From Candidatus Avilachnospira avistercoris (GTDB lineage: Bacteria; Bacillota; Clostridia; Lachnospirales; Lachnospiraceae): 62,239 nucleotides of DNA. The stretch lies in the NCBI GenBank assembly GCA_018714145.1, contig DVNS01000130.1:1-62239 (forward strand). Direction: 5' to 3'. The notes beneath the pieces were generated by a model. It searched no databases. It saw only the letters and a program-made list of their open reading frames with translations, and had not been told where the DNA came from. Below, in pieces: positions 31,026 to 40,673 of this stretch. Numbering within the stretch: the first letter of the stretch is position 1; every line of letters begins with the position of its first letter. The translations under genes were made by a program, and so were the position numbers.

Positions 31026-31616
31026 ATGGATATGAAAACTAAATTTACCAGAGATGAGGCTTTGTCTCTCCTTAAGGAGCACAATAAGGAGCATTTCCAT
31101 GTTCAGCACGGCGTGACCGTGGGAAAGGTCATGCGCTGTTATGCAGAGGGACATGGCTATGGGGATGAGGCGGATTTCTGGGAGATATGCGGCATACTCC
31201 ATGATATAGATTTTGAGGAATATCCGGAGCAGCACTGCCAGAAGGCACCGGAGATACTTAAGGCAAGCGGCGCTGAGCCTGAGCTTATACATGCGGTCTG
31301 CTCCCATGGCTATGGGATATGTTCGGATGTGGAGCCGGAGCATGAGATGGAGAGATTTTTGTTTGCGGCAGATGAGCTTACGGGACTTATATGGTCAGCG
31401 GCCCTGATGAGGCCTTCAAAGAGCTGCAAGGACATGGAACTCAGCTCCCTGAAGAAGAAGTTCAAGGACAAGAGATTTGCAGCAGGCTGCTCAAGGGATA
31501 CGATAAGAGAGGGCGCTGAGCGCATGGGCATAAGCCTTGAGGAGCTGATGCAGGTGACCCTCGATGCCATGAAGGCCTCAGAGGACGAGATAAATGAGGA
31601 GATGAAGGCATTGTAA
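31026..31616 (+). CDS. HD-domain phosphohydrolase
   Basis: 196 aa with H...HD (GILHDIDFEE) metal-binding signature. Confidence 0.75.
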   Translation: MDMKTKFTRDEALSLLKEHNKEHFHVQHGVTVGKVMRCYAEGHGYGDEADFWEICGILHDIDFEEYPEQHCQKAPEILKASGAEPELIHAVCSHGYGICSDVEPEHEMERFLFAADELTGLIWSAALMRPSKSCKDMELSSLKKKFKDKRFAAGCSRDTIREGAERMGISLEELMQVTLDAMKASEDEINEEMKAL

Positions 31617-31775
31617 GCTCAGGCAGGTCTCATATCAGGAATTTAAGGCATATGAGAGGCTATGGTATCGCAGAATGTGCAAAAGCTTCAGGGGATAAGT
31701 CAAGTAAGCCCTTTTAAAGCTGAGCCATTTGTGATATATTCTAATGTCAGACGATATAAAGGAGAGTATATAGCT

Positions 31776-33044
31776 ATGCCATTTATAAAAAAGCCCGTGA
31801 CCGGCATGAGGGACATACTTCCCGAGGAGATGGAGCTTCGGAACTATCTCATGGGGGTCATCAGGAGGGTATATGAGTCCTATGGCTTTTCTGCCATGGA
31901 GGCTCCCATAGTCGAGCACATCGAAAATCTGACCTCAAAGCAGGGCGGAGACAATGAAAAGCTGATATTCAAGATAATGAAGAGGGGAGAGAAGCTTAGC
32001 GAGGCAGGAGAGGCCTTGGACACAGACGGCCTTGAAGGTCTGGTGGATTCGGGCCTTCGCTATGACCTGACGGTCCCCCTGTCCAGATACTATGCCAATA
32101 ATCAGGCTAAGCTTCAGAAGCCCTTCAAGGCTCTGCAGATGGGTCCTGTATTCAGGGCGGACCGCCCCCAGAAGGGAAGGTTCCGTCAGTTCATGCAGTG
32201 CGATATAGATATATTCGGAGACCCTACCAATCTTGCGGAAAAGGAGCTGATACTTGCTACCACAGAGGCCCTTTCCGCCCTTGGCATGGATAAATACGGC
32301 TTTAAGGTATACATCAACGACAGACGCATACTCTTTGGCATGATAGAGTATGCGGGACTTCCCGCGGAGGATGCAGAGAAGATACTCATAGTCCTTGACA
32401 AGGCGGATAAGATAGGCCCCGAGGGAGTGGACAGGGAACTTTCGGAGCTTGGCTACGAAAAGGCTTCCATAGAAAAGCTCAGGGGCATCCTTGATAAGTA
32501 TAAGGACAGCTCAGAGTCCGTAAGGCTGATGGGAGCTGAGATCCCCAATTATGACATAAGGGCTGCCTGTGAAAATGTGGCAGACATCATGGAGTCCGTT
32601 TCAGCCCTTAAGGAGCGCAGTTTGGATCTCTGTTTCGACCCCAAGTTAGTCAGGGGCATGGGATACTATACCGGCACCATATTTGAGATAAGATGTGAAA
32701 GCTTCGGCTCCTCCATCTGTGGAGGCGGACGCTACGATAAGATGATAGGACGCTTCACGGGACAGGATGTGCCGGCAGCAGGCTTTTCCATAGGCTTTGA
32801 GAGGATATTTACCATACTTTCGGAGGCCGGCTTCAAGCCCCCTAAGAGCTCGGATAAGCTTGCCATCCTTATAGAAAAGGGTGTAAGTCCTGAGAGGCTG
32901 GGAGAGATATTTTCCATAAGCGCAAAGGAGCGCAGCGAAGGCAAGAGGGTATTTATGGCCTATATGGCAAAAAATAAGAAATTCCAGAAGGAAGGTCTTA
33001 TGTCAGAGGGCTATGAGGAGATAAGAGAATTTTATAAGGACTGA
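31776..33044 (+). CDS. hisS: histidine--tRNA ligase
   Basis: Class IIa motifs (GMRDILPEE, FRADRPQKGRFRQF, GGGRYD). ATG 31776 is about 9 nt after AAAGGAGAG (the ORF opens at 31662). Confidence 0.94.
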   Translation: MPFIKKPVTGMRDILPEEMELRNYLMGVIRRVYESYGFSAMEAPIVEHIENLTSKQGGDNEKLIFKIMKRGEKLSEAGEALDTDGLEGLVDSGLRYDLTVPLSRYYANNQAKLQKPFKALQMGPVFRADRPQKGRFRQFMQCDIDIFGDPTNLAEKELILATTEALSALGMDKYGFKVYINDRRILFGMIEYAGLPAEDAEKILIVLDKADKIGPEGVDRELSELGYEKASIEKLRGILDKYKDSSESVRLMGAEIPNYDIRAACENVADIMESVSALKERSLDLCFDPKLVRGMGYYTGTIFEIRCESFGSSICGGGRYDKMIGRFTGQDVPAAGFSIGFERIFTILSEAGFKPPKSSDKLAILIEKGVSPERLGEIFSISAKERSEGKRVFMAYMAKNKKFQKEGLMSEGYEEIREFYKD

Positions 33045-33143
33045 TGCCTGAGGCCTTAAGAAGCCCGGGAAGGCGCCCATAGGAGGGCCGGACAGGAGCT
33101 TTGACCTTTAGAGCAGTTTAAAAATTATCAGGAGAATGATATC

Positions 33144-34970
33144 ATGGCAGAGAGCATGAAGGGACTTAAGAGGACCGCAAGATGTGCGGAGTTTTCCTCG
33201 GCGGATATAGGAAAGACAGTAACGGTCATGGGCTGGGTCCAGAAGTCAAGGAATAAGGGCGGCCTTGTGTTTACGGATGTCAGGGACAGAAGCGGCATCA
33301 TACAGGTCATATTTGAAGAGGATATCTGCGGAAGCGAGGTATTTGAGAAGGCAGGCAGCCTCAGATCAGAGTACTGCGTGGCAGTGACCGGCAGGGTCAG
33401 GAGCCGCGGAAAGGATATCAATAAGGAGCTTCTGACCGGCGAGATAGAGGTAGAGGCCATGGAGCTTCGCATACTCAGTGAGTCAGCAGTCCTTCCATTC
33501 CCGATAGAGGCGGAGACCAAGACGAGGGAGGAGCTGAGGCTCAAGTACAGGTACTTGGACTTAAGACGTCCTCCACTTCAGCGCAATATAGCCCTTCGCT
33601 CAAAGCTGGCTATAAGCGTCAGAAACTATATGGCTGAAAACGGCTTCCTTGAGATAGAGACCCCTACCTTCATAAAGTCCACACCGGAGGGAGCAAGGGA
33701 CTATCTGGTGCCCTCGAGGGTACATCAGGGAGAGTTTTATGCCCTTCCCCAGTCGCCTCAGCTTTTGAAGCAGCTTCTGATGGTATCAGGCTTTGACAGG
33801 TATTTCCAGCTTGCCCGCTGCTACAGGGATGAGGACCTGAGGGCAGACAGGCAGCCAGAGTTCACTCAGATAGACATGGAGCTTTCCTTTGCTGACATAG
33901 ACGATGTCATCGCTGTCAATGAGGGCCTTCTTAAGCGTATATTCAAGGAGGTCATAGATGTAGATGTGGAGCTTCCCATAAGGCGCATGACATGGCAGAC
34001 CGCCATGGACCGCTATGGAAGCGATAAGCCTGACCTCCGCTTCGGCCTTGAGATAGAGGACGTGAGCGGCTGCGTCAAGGACTGCGGATTTTCAGTATTC
34101 CATGATGCAGTGGCAGAGGGCGGCACCGTAAGGGGCATAAGGGTACCGGGAGAGGGCCATATGCCCAGAAAGAAGATAGATGCCCTCAGTGAGGTGGCAA
34201 AGTATTATGGCGGAAAGGGCGTGGCCTATCTCTGCGTGGGTGCAGCTGAGGACGGCAGCCACAAGGGCTCCTTCCTTAAGTTCATGAGCCCCGAGGAGAC
34301 AGAGTCCCTGATAAGCGCCATGGGTGCAGAAAAGGGGGATCTCTTGGTATTTGCAGCAGGCAAGATACCCCTTGTAAGGACCGTGTTAGGAAATGTAAGG
34401 CTCCATCTTGGAAAGGAGCTTTCCCTTATAAAGGAGGGAGACTGGAAGTTCGTATGGATAACGGAGTTCCCTCTGCTTGAGTGGTCAGAGGAGGAGGGCA
34501 GGTTCACTGCCATGCACCATCCCTTCACTGCACCCATGGAGGAGGACTGGCAGTATATAGACAGCGATCCCGGAAGGGTCAGGGCCAAGGCCTATGACAT
34601 AGTCCTTAACGGTACGGAGCTTGGCGGAGGCTCAGTGAGGATACATCAGGCGGATGTTCAGGAAAAGATGCTGGAGGTCCTTGGATTTACTCCCGAGAGG
34701 GCTTCTGAGCAGTTTGGCTTCCTCTTAGAGGCCTTCAAGTATGGCGTGCCTCCCCATGCAGGACTTGCCTATGGCATGGACCGTGTGGCCATGTGGATGG
34801 CAGGTGCCGACAGCATCAGGGATGTCATGGCCTTCCCGAAGCTTAAGGATGCCTCAGATGCCATGATGGGAGCCCCTGATAAGGTGGATGAGTCCCAGCT
34901 TAAGGAGCTTGGGATAAAGATAGATGAGGAGGTCCTTAAGGCCGCCTCAAAGAAAGATTCCGATGAGTAA
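33144..34970 (+). CDS. aspS: aspartate--tRNA ligase
   Basis: 608 aa. N-terminal OB fold, class IIb core with GAD insertion, and motifs FRDEDLRADRQPEFTQ and GLAYGMDR. Confidence 0.96.
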   Translation: MAESMKGLKRTARCAEFSSADIGKTVTVMGWVQKSRNKGGLVFTDVRDRSGIIQVIFEEDICGSEVFEKAGSLRSEYCVAVTGRVRSRGKDINKELLTGEIEVEAMELRILSESAVLPFPIEAETKTREELRLKYRYLDLRRPPLQRNIALRSKLAISVRNYMAENGFLEIETPTFIKSTPEGARDYLVPSRVHQGEFYALPQSPQLLKQLLMVSGFDRYFQLARCYRDEDLRADRQPEFTQIDMELSFADIDDVIAVNEGLLKRIFKEVIDVDVELPIRRMTWQTAMDRYGSDKPDLRFGLEIEDVSGCVKDCGFSVFHDAVAEGGTVRGIRVPGEGHMPRKKIDALSEVAKYYGGKGVAYLCVGAAEDGSHKGSFLKFMSPEETESLISAMGAEKGDLLVFAAGKIPLVRTVLGNVRLHLGKELSLIKEGDWKFVWITEFPLLEWSEEEGRFTAMHHPFTAPMEEDWQYIDSDPGRVRAKAYDIVLNGTELGGGSVRIHQADVQEKMLEVLGFTPERASEQFGFLLEAFKYGVPPHAGLAYGMDRVAMWMAGADSIRDVMAFPKLKDASDAMMGAPDKVDESQLKELGIKIDEEVLKAASKKDSDE

Positions 34971-35535
34971 AAGAGAGTTTTTAAATGAATTGAGGGAGCA
35001 GCTTGCCTATGAGCTTCCGGAGCCTCTGGTCAGGAGCAATCTGAATTATTACTCTGACTATATCGATAATGAGGTAGGGAAGGGCAGAGGGCTTTCCGAG
35101 GTGCTGTCAGATCTGGGGGATCCGAGGCTTATAGCCAGATCCATCATAGATGCTGCAAAGAGCGGTTCCGACGGCATACCCAATACGGCCGATGACAGGG
35201 ATTACTCAAGTCAGATATATGGAGGAGAGAACCGGGGCGGATACTACGGTACCGGCAGTTCCTCCTATGAGGCCGAGTCTGAGGACGGTTATCGCAGTGA
35301 TGCCAAAGACAGGGACACTTCCTACGGAGGCGGAAGCCAGAGGCACCATGAGCCCCATATCTATATGGGGTATCATAACTGCGGCTGCTTAGGCATACTC
35401 GTGGTGCTCCTTGTCATATCGGCAGTCATATCCTTGGTGAGCAGCGCTCTCACCTTCCTGCTTCCGATACTGGGGCCTCTGCTCCTTGTGCTGATAATCA
35501 TCTGGTTCTTAAATAATATCAGAGGAGACCAATGA
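34963..35535 (+). CDS. DUF1700-like membrane protein
   Basis: N-terminus MSKREFLNELREQLAYELPEP is typical of DUF1700. Gly/Ser/Tyr-rich linker and C-terminal TM hairpin. Start overlaps the aspS stop. Confidence 0.6.
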   Translation: MSKREFLNELREQLAYELPEPLVRSNLNYYSDYIDNEVGKGRGLSEVLSDLGDPRLIARSIIDAAKSGSDGIPNTADDRDYSSQIYGGENRGGYYGTGSSSYEAESEDGYRSDAKDRDTSYGGGSQRHHEPHIYMGYHNCGCLGILVVLLVISAVISLVSSALTFLLPILGPLLLVLIIIWFLNNIRGDQ

Positions 35536-36113
35536 TGGACTATTTGTTTGCATCGGATATACATGGCTCCGCCCTTTGGTGTGAAAGACTTCTGGAGGTC
35601 TATAAGGAGAGCGGGGCTAAAAAATTGATACTGCTGGGGGATATACTCTATCACGGTCCCAGAAATGACCTGCCCGAGGGCTATGCGCCGAAACGGGTGA
35701 TAGAGCTATTGAACCCTCTCAAGGATGAGATACTTTGTGTAAGGGGCAACTGTGAAGCTGAGGTGGATCAGATGGTCCTTTCATTTCCCTGTATGGCAGA
35801 TTACGCAGTATTGTATCTCAATGATATCTGTTTTTATGCTACCCATGGACACACCTTCAATGAGCTGGACGGAGGAAGGAATCTCCCTCCGATGAACTCA
35901 GGAGAGGTGCTGATACACGGTCATACCCATGTACCGGTGGCAGAGCGGATGAGCCTTTCGGGAAAGGACATATATGTACTGAATCCGGGCTCGGTGAGCA
36001 TTCCAAAGGAGGGAAGCGGACACTGCTATGGTCTCCTCTCGGGACATAGCTTTACCATCAGGGAGCTTTCCGGAGAAGTATGTAAGCAGATAGAGCTTAG
36101 GCCGGGGGACTGA
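35532..36113 (+). CDS. yfcE: YfcE-family phosphodiesterase (calcineurin-like metallophosphoesterase)
   Basis: SDIHGS, GDILYHGPRN, RGNCE, THGH and GHTH motifs. ATGA overlap with the upstream gene. Confidence 0.8.
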   Translation: MMDYLFASDIHGSALWCERLLEVYKESGAKKLILLGDILYHGPRNDLPEGYAPKRVIELLNPLKDEILCVRGNCEAEVDQMVLSFPCMADYAVLYLNDICFYATHGHTFNELDGGRNLPPMNSGEVLIHGHTHVPVAERMSLSGKDIYVLNPGSVSIPKEGSGHCYGLLSGHSFTIRELSGEVCKQIELRPGD

Positions 36114-36114
36114 T

Positions 36115-37293
36115 ATGAGATTTGAGCTTATGGCCCCCTGCCATTTCGGGCTTGAGGCCTGTACTAAACGGGAGCTTACGGAGCTTGGCTATGAGATATC
36201 CGAGGTTCAGGACGGGCGGGTCAGCTTCGTCGGAGATGAGCTCGCCGTCTGCCGTGCCAATATCAATCTCAGGACAGCAGAGAGGGTGCTTATCAAGGCA
36301 GCAGGCTTTACGGCAAGGACTTGGGATGAGCTGTTTGAGGCTACTAAGGCTATATGCTGGGAGGAGTTCCTTCCCTATGATGCGGATTTTTGGGTCGCAA
36401 AGGCCACCACGGTAAAGTCAAAGCTTTTTTCGCCGAGGGACTTTCAGACCATCATACAGAAGGCCATAGCCATGAGGCTTTCAAAGGCCTATGGACATGA
36501 GGGAGAGAGACTGCCCATGACGGGGGCTGCTTACCCTCTTAGGGTCTCTGCCTATAAGGACAGCATATTTATAGGACTTGATACCAGCGGCGAGAGTCTG
36601 CATAAAAGGGGCTACAGAAGATATACGGTCAAGGCTCCCATCACTGAGACCTTGGCAGCTGCCCTTATCATGCTTACACCTTGGCGCAGGGATAGGATAC
36701 TTGTGGATCCCTTCTGCGGCTCCGGCACCTTCCTTATCGAGGCTGCGATGATGGCGGCGGACATAGCACCGGGGATGGAGCGGGATTTTACGGCCACGGG
36801 CTGGACGGATCTGGTGCCTAGGAGCTATTGGATGGAGGCTTATGATGAGGCCAGAGACAGGGCGGAAGCGGTATCCGGAAAGGGGCTTTCGGAGGTCATG
36901 GACCTTCAGGGCTTTGACATAGATGAGGAGGCCCTTTATGCTGCGAGACATAATGCGGAGCTTGCAGGCGTATCGGAGCTGATACATTTTCAGAAAAGGG
37001 ATATAAGGGAACTCAGCCATCCTAAGCGCTATGGCTTTATCATCACCAATCCCCCCTATGGAGAGCGTATAGGGGAGACAGAAGAGCTGCCGGATATCTA
37101 CAGGAGCCTTGGGGAGCGCTACAGGGAGCTTAAGGACTGGAGCATGTATCTTATCACGGCCTATGAAGATGCCCAGAAGCACTTGGGAAGGGCGGCGGAC
37201 AGGAACCGCAAGATATATAACGGCATGATGAAAACATATTTTTATTCTTATTTGGGAAAGAGGCCTGAAAAAAGGGAAAGGAGCCTTCAGTGA
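36115..37293 (+). CDS. THUMP-domain class I SAM-dependent RNA methyltransferase (RlmL/YpsC-like)
   Basis: N-terminal THUMP region, SAM-binding DPFCGSGTF, and catalytic NPPYGERI. Confidence 0.85.
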   Translation: MRFELMAPCHFGLEACTKRELTELGYEISEVQDGRVSFVGDELAVCRANINLRTAERVLIKAAGFTARTWDELFEATKAICWEEFLPYDADFWVAKATTVKSKLFSPRDFQTIIQKAIAMRLSKAYGHEGERLPMTGAAYPLRVSAYKDSIFIGLDTSGESLHKRGYRRYTVKAPITETLAAALIMLTPWRRDRILVDPFCGSGTFLIEAAMMAADIAPGMERDFTATGWTDLVPRSYWMEAYDEARDRAEAVSGKGLSEVMDLQGFDIDEEALYAARHNAELAGVSELIHFQKRDIRELSHPKRYGFIITNPPYGERIGETEELPDIYRSLGERYRELKDWSMYLITAYEDAQKHLGRAADRNRKIYNGMMKTYFYSYLGKRPEKRERSLQ

Positions 37294-37913
37294 GGATAGT
37301 TTTTGCCACGCAAAATCAGGGGAAGATAGCAGAGATAAAGGAGATAATGGCGGACACCGGATATGAGGTCCTGCCCATGGGAGCCCTTGGACTTAAGGCA
37401 GAGGCTGAGGAAAACGGAGAGACCTTTTCGGAAAATGCTGAGATAAAGGCCAGAGAGGTCTATGATAAGCTTTCTGCCTTAGGAGATGTCGAGGACACCA
37501 TAGTTATGGCTGATGACTCGGGCTTCTGCATAGACCATCTTTCAGGAGCCCCGGGGGTACACTCTGCAAGGTTCATGGGACATGATACTGATTACAGGAT
37601 AAAAAACGAGGCCATACTCAAGAAGATGGAGGGCGTGGAGCGTCCTGAGCGGGGAGCCCAGTTCGTATGCAGCATATGTGCGATATTTCCTGACGGCCAT
37701 GCCGAATTTACCGAGGGCGTGCTTTCGGGAGAGGTGGCCATGGAGCCCAAGGGCGATGAGGGCTTCGGCTATGACCCGATATTTTACCTTCCGAGATATG
37801 GAAAGACCACGGCGGAGCTGGGTGACAAATTTAAAAACAGCGTGTCCCACCGCTCCTTGGCCCTTCATAAGATGAATGAACTGATAAAGGAAAGACTGGC
37901 CTCTGGCATATAA
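37290..37913 (+). CDS. rdgB: XTP/dITP diphosphatase (non-canonical purine NTP pyrophosphatase)
   Basis: Ham1 family motifs (FATQNQGK, FGYDPIF, SHR). GTG start overlaps the upstream stop. Confidence 0.9.
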   Translation: MRIVFATQNQGKIAEIKEIMADTGYEVLPMGALGLKAEAEENGETFSENAEIKAREVYDKLSALGDVEDTIVMADDSGFCIDHLSGAPGVHSARFMGHDTDYRIKNEAILKKMEGVERPERGAQFVCSICAIFPDGHAEFTEGVLSGEVAMEPKGDEGFGYDPIFYLPRYGKTTAELGDKFKNSVSHRSLALHKMNELIKERLASGI

Positions 37914-37928
37914 GAAAAGAGGGGCTGG

Positions 37929-37954
37929 GGGCTTAGGATGCTTAAGCCCTTTAT
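37929..37954 (+). terminator. possible weak terminator after rdgB
   Basis: GGGCTTA, 7-nt loop, TAAGCCC, then TTTAT. Short stem and short T tract. Confidence 0.35.
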
Positions 37955-38017
37955 ATAGGCCTAAGAAAGGCCATGGGCTATAAAGGGCCTGATAAAAAGT
38001 TAGTTCGGTGGATGGAT

Positions 38018-38512
38018 ATGAAAAAGATACTGGTAGCAAGTGATACCCACGGAAAAAATGATACTCTCAGGGCTGTCATTCAGAAGAACAGACCCATTGA
38101 TAAGCTCATATTCTGCGGTGACGGAGAAGGCCTTGAGAAGGTCATAAGGGAATATGTGGGCGATAACTGTGAACTCTACATGGTGAGGGGCAACAATGAC
38201 TATTTTTCGAGCCTGCCATGGGATATGGAATTTGAACTGGGAGGACTTAAGGCCTTCCTTACTCATGGACATCTTTATGGGGTGAGCGTGTCTGAGGGCC
38301 GTATACTTGAGGAGGCAAAGTCAAGGGGCTGCGGCATATGCTTTTTCGGACATACCCACAGGCCTGTGGAGGCAAAAAAAGAGGGGATATTTTTCATAAA
38401 CCCCGGAAGCCTGAGCTATCCGAGACAGATGAATCACAGACCCTCGTATATGATCATAGAAGAGGAAGACAATGGTAAGCTGCATTTTCATCAGGCTTAC
38501 CTTGGAAAATAG
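38018..38512 (+). CDS. MJ0936/YsnB-family metallophosphoesterase
   Basis: SDTHG, GDGEG, RGNND, THGH and GHTH motifs. rdgB-ysnB adjacency is conserved in Firmicutes. Start could be 38012 or 38018. Confidence 0.82.
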   Translation: MKKILVASDTHGKNDTLRAVIQKNRPIDKLIFCGDGEGLEKVIREYVGDNCELYMVRGNNDYFSSLPWDMEFELGGLKAFLTHGHLYGVSVSEGRILEEAKSRGCGICFFGHTHRPVEAKKEGIFFINPGSLSYPRQMNHRPSYMIIEEEDNGKLHFHQAYLGK

Positions 38513-38524
38513 AGGAGGACTATT

Positions 38525-39685
38525 ATGAAAAGATATATGAGCTTGGTACTTGCTGCGGCCATGGCACTTTCACTGGCTGCCTGCGGAGGCAAGGCCTCTG
38601 AAACTGCAGAAGCGGCTAAGGAAACGGCGGCAGAGAGCACTGAAGCAGAGACCGAAGAGATCAAGGAGACGGAAGCGGAAACTGCTGCCGAGTCGGAGGC
38701 TGAGGGCACAGAGGCCGCTGAAGGGTATGGCTATATAGGCGTAAGCGGCTCAAATGATGCGGCCGGGCTTCAGTATGGAGACACGATAGTAAGAGTGGGC
38801 TCCCTTAAGGGACCGACCACCATGGGCCTTGTCAATATGATGGAATGGTCCGAAAACGGCGAGCTTCCCTTCAAGGCGGAATTCACCATGGCGACGGCAG
38901 CTGATGAGATAACAGCAAAGCTTACTCAGGGAGAGCTGGACATCGCCCTGATACCTGCCAACCTTGCCTCAGTCCTCTTCAATAAGACCGAGGGCGGCAT
39001 AAGGGTCATAGATATCAATACCCTTGGAGTCCTTTACGGGGTGACAGGAGATGAGAGCATCACCTCCCTTTCCGACCTTGCGGGAAAGACCGTATATATG
39101 ACTGGACAGGGCACCACGCCCCAGTTTGCCATGGACTATATACTTGCCCAGAACGGACTTACGGACAGCGTGACCATAGAGTATAAGTCGGAGGCCACGG
39201 AGATAGCTGCTATGTTTGCAGAGGATCCCTCTATCATAGCCGTGCTTCCCCAGCCCTTTGCCACAGTATGTCAGGTACAGAATGAGGGTGTCAGGGAGTT
39301 CATGGACCTCAATGAGGAGTGGGATAAGTGCCCGGACAGCGGAGATTCGATGCTGCTTACGGGAGTGACGGTGGCAAGGACCGAGTTCTTGGAGGAGCAT
39401 GCAGAGGACGGACTTATGGATGCCTTCATCAGTACCCAGAGGCTGTCCACGGAGGCAGCTTCTCAGGATACGGCCCATACTGCGGAGCTCGTGGCTAAGG
39501 CCGGTATCATCGAAAAGGCAGCCATAGCTGAAAAGGCCATACCTAAGTGCGGCATAGCCTGCATCACAGGAGAAGAGATGAAGGGGGCCCTGAGCGTCTA
39601 CCTTACGGTGCTCTATAATGCCAATGCTGCCTCAGTGGGAGGAGCCCTTCCCGAGGATATCTTTTATGTATTAGGCTCTGACTGA
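38525..39685 (+). CDS. ABC transporter substrate-binding lipoprotein (NitT/TauT / NMT1-like family)
   Basis: Lipobox LSLAAC followed by an acidic T/E/A-rich tether. The mature domain resembles SsuA/NMT1-type binding proteins. Confidence 0.8.
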   Translation: MKRYMSLVLAAAMALSLAACGGKASETAEAAKETAAESTEAETEEIKETEAETAAESEAEGTEAAEGYGYIGVSGSNDAAGLQYGDTIVRVGSLKGPTTMGLVNMMEWSENGELPFKAEFTMATAADEITAKLTQGELDIALIPANLASVLFNKTEGGIRVIDINTLGVLYGVTGDESITSLSDLAGKTVYMTGQGTTPQFAMDYILAQNGLTDSVTIEYKSEATEIAAMFAEDPSIIAVLPQPFATVCQVQNEGVREFMDLNEEWDKCPDSGDSMLLTGVTVARTEFLEEHAEDGLMDAFISTQRLSTEAASQDTAHTAELVAKAGIIEKAAIAEKAIPKCGIACITGEEMKGALSVYLTVLYNANAASVGGALPEDIFYVLGSD

Positions 39686-39698
39686 TAAAGCCGGATGA

Positions 39699-39731
39699 AC
39701 GGACAGACCATTTTCGGCCTGTCCGTTTTTT
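39699..39731 (+). terminator. rho-independent terminator after the binding-protein gene
   Basis: ACGGACAG, 12-nt loop, CTGTCCGT, then T6. Confidence 0.75.
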
Positions 39732-39742
39732 AGGAAACAGAT

Positions 39743-40507
39743 ATGGATGGAAAACGAAAGAGGAAAAATAAGACCGATGGCCCTAAAAGGCATATCAGGG
39801 AAAATAAAGAAAACAAAATAAATAGAACAAATAAAGAGAATAAACCAAGCAAAGAGAATAAATCAAGCAAAGAGAACAGAACCAATAGAGAAAATAGAGA
39901 AAATAGAGTAAACGAAGTAAATAAGGAAATGGGACCGATGCACGCAAAGCAGGTATGGAAGCCGGGAACTCTTGTCGCTCCCGTACCTGCGGTGATGGTA
40001 AGCTGTGCAGACAAGGCAGGCAATTCCAATATCATAACCATAGCATGGGCGGGTATAGTATGCTCAGAGCCGGCGACGGTATATATATCCGTCATGCCAA
40101 GGCGCTTCAGTCACCATATGATCGAGGAAACAGGAGAGTATGTCATAAACCTCACCACAAAGGAGCTTTCGAAGGCAACGGACTACTGCGGAGTGGTCAC
40201 CGGAGCAAAGGTGGATAAGTGGAAGGCCTGCGGACTTACAAGGGCCAAGGCTTCGACAGTGTCCTGTCCCCTGATAGCGGAGGCTCCGGTCAATATCGAG
40301 TGCAGGGTCATAAATAAGCTTGCGCTTGGCTCCCATGATATGTTCATCGCCAAGGTCACGGCGGTGGATGTGGATGAGCGATATATAGATAAAAACGGCA
40401 GGCTGGAGCTTGACCGGGCAGGTCTCATAGCCTATGCCCATGGGGAATATTTCGAGCTTGGACGAAAGCTTGGACATTTTGGATATTCGGTAAGGAAGAA
40501 AGCTTAG
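39743..40507 (+). CDS. flavin reductase-like domain protein with Lys/Asn/Glu/Arg-rich repeat N-terminal extension
   Basis: From about aa 66 (MHAKQVWKPGTLVAPVPAVMVSC...) it matches flavin reductase-like FMN-binding domain proteins. The preceding 65 codons are an in-frame A-rich repeat. Alternative starts are ATG 39929 and ATG 39938. Confidence 0.75.
   Translation: MDGKRKRKNKTDGPKRHIRENKENKINRTNKENKPSKENKSSKENRTNRENRENRVNEVNKEMGPMHAKQVWKPGTLVAPVPAVMVSCADKAGNSNIITIAWAGIVCSEPATVYISVMPRRFSHHMIEETGEYVINLTTKELSKATDYCGVVTGAKVDKWKACGLTRAKASTVSCPLIAEAPVNIECRVINKLALGSHDMFIAKVTAVDVDERYIDKNGRLELDRAGLIAYAHGEYFELGRKLGHFGYSVRKKA
39833..39922 (+). repeat. in-frame tandem repeats (3 x 18 nt, then 4 x 9 nt) encoding KENKPS/KENKSS/KENRTN/REN/REN/RVN/EVN
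   Basis: AAAGAGAATAAACCAAGC, AAAGAGAATAAATCAAGC and AAAGAGAACAGAACCAAT, followed by AGAGAAAAT x2, AGAGTAAAC and GAAGTAAAT. Periods are multiples of 3. Only the reductase frame lacks stop codons. Confidence 0.85.
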
Positions 40508-40673
40508 AAGTTCAATTTTACTAAGGCGAAGGGGTAAGGCTCAGACGCCTTACTATCGACGCCGTGGGACTCAGGACGCTATTATCCTGCAGCGTATGGG
40601 AAGCTCAGAAGCTCAGGCTTTTGACTAAGGACTTAAAAGGTCTTGGCCGGGAGAGCAGGGCTTGGTATATAGG

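Noticed and set aside
31617-31775. T-box leader upstream of hisS-aspS, as in Bacillus
   Set aside because: The spacer is only about 160 nt. It lacks the conserved T-box sequence (AAnnGGGTGGTACCGCG-like) and has no terminator/antiterminator pair. gltX (58123-58221) and lysS (11011-11040) also have spacers too short for T-box or L-box leaders.
38513-38524. TPP or other riboswitch controlling the NMT1/THI5-like binding-protein operon
   Set aside because: Only 12 nt separate it from the preceding gene. The 40508-40661 spacer shows none of the TPP core motifs (CUGAGA...ACCUGAUCUGGAUAAUGCCAGCG).
39730-40095. Minus-strand ORF encoding LFSLFSLL-type repeats
   Set aside because: It is the mirror image of the A-rich repeat and of the 5' part of the flavin reductase gene. 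It would run across the binding-protein terminator, and it has no RBS.
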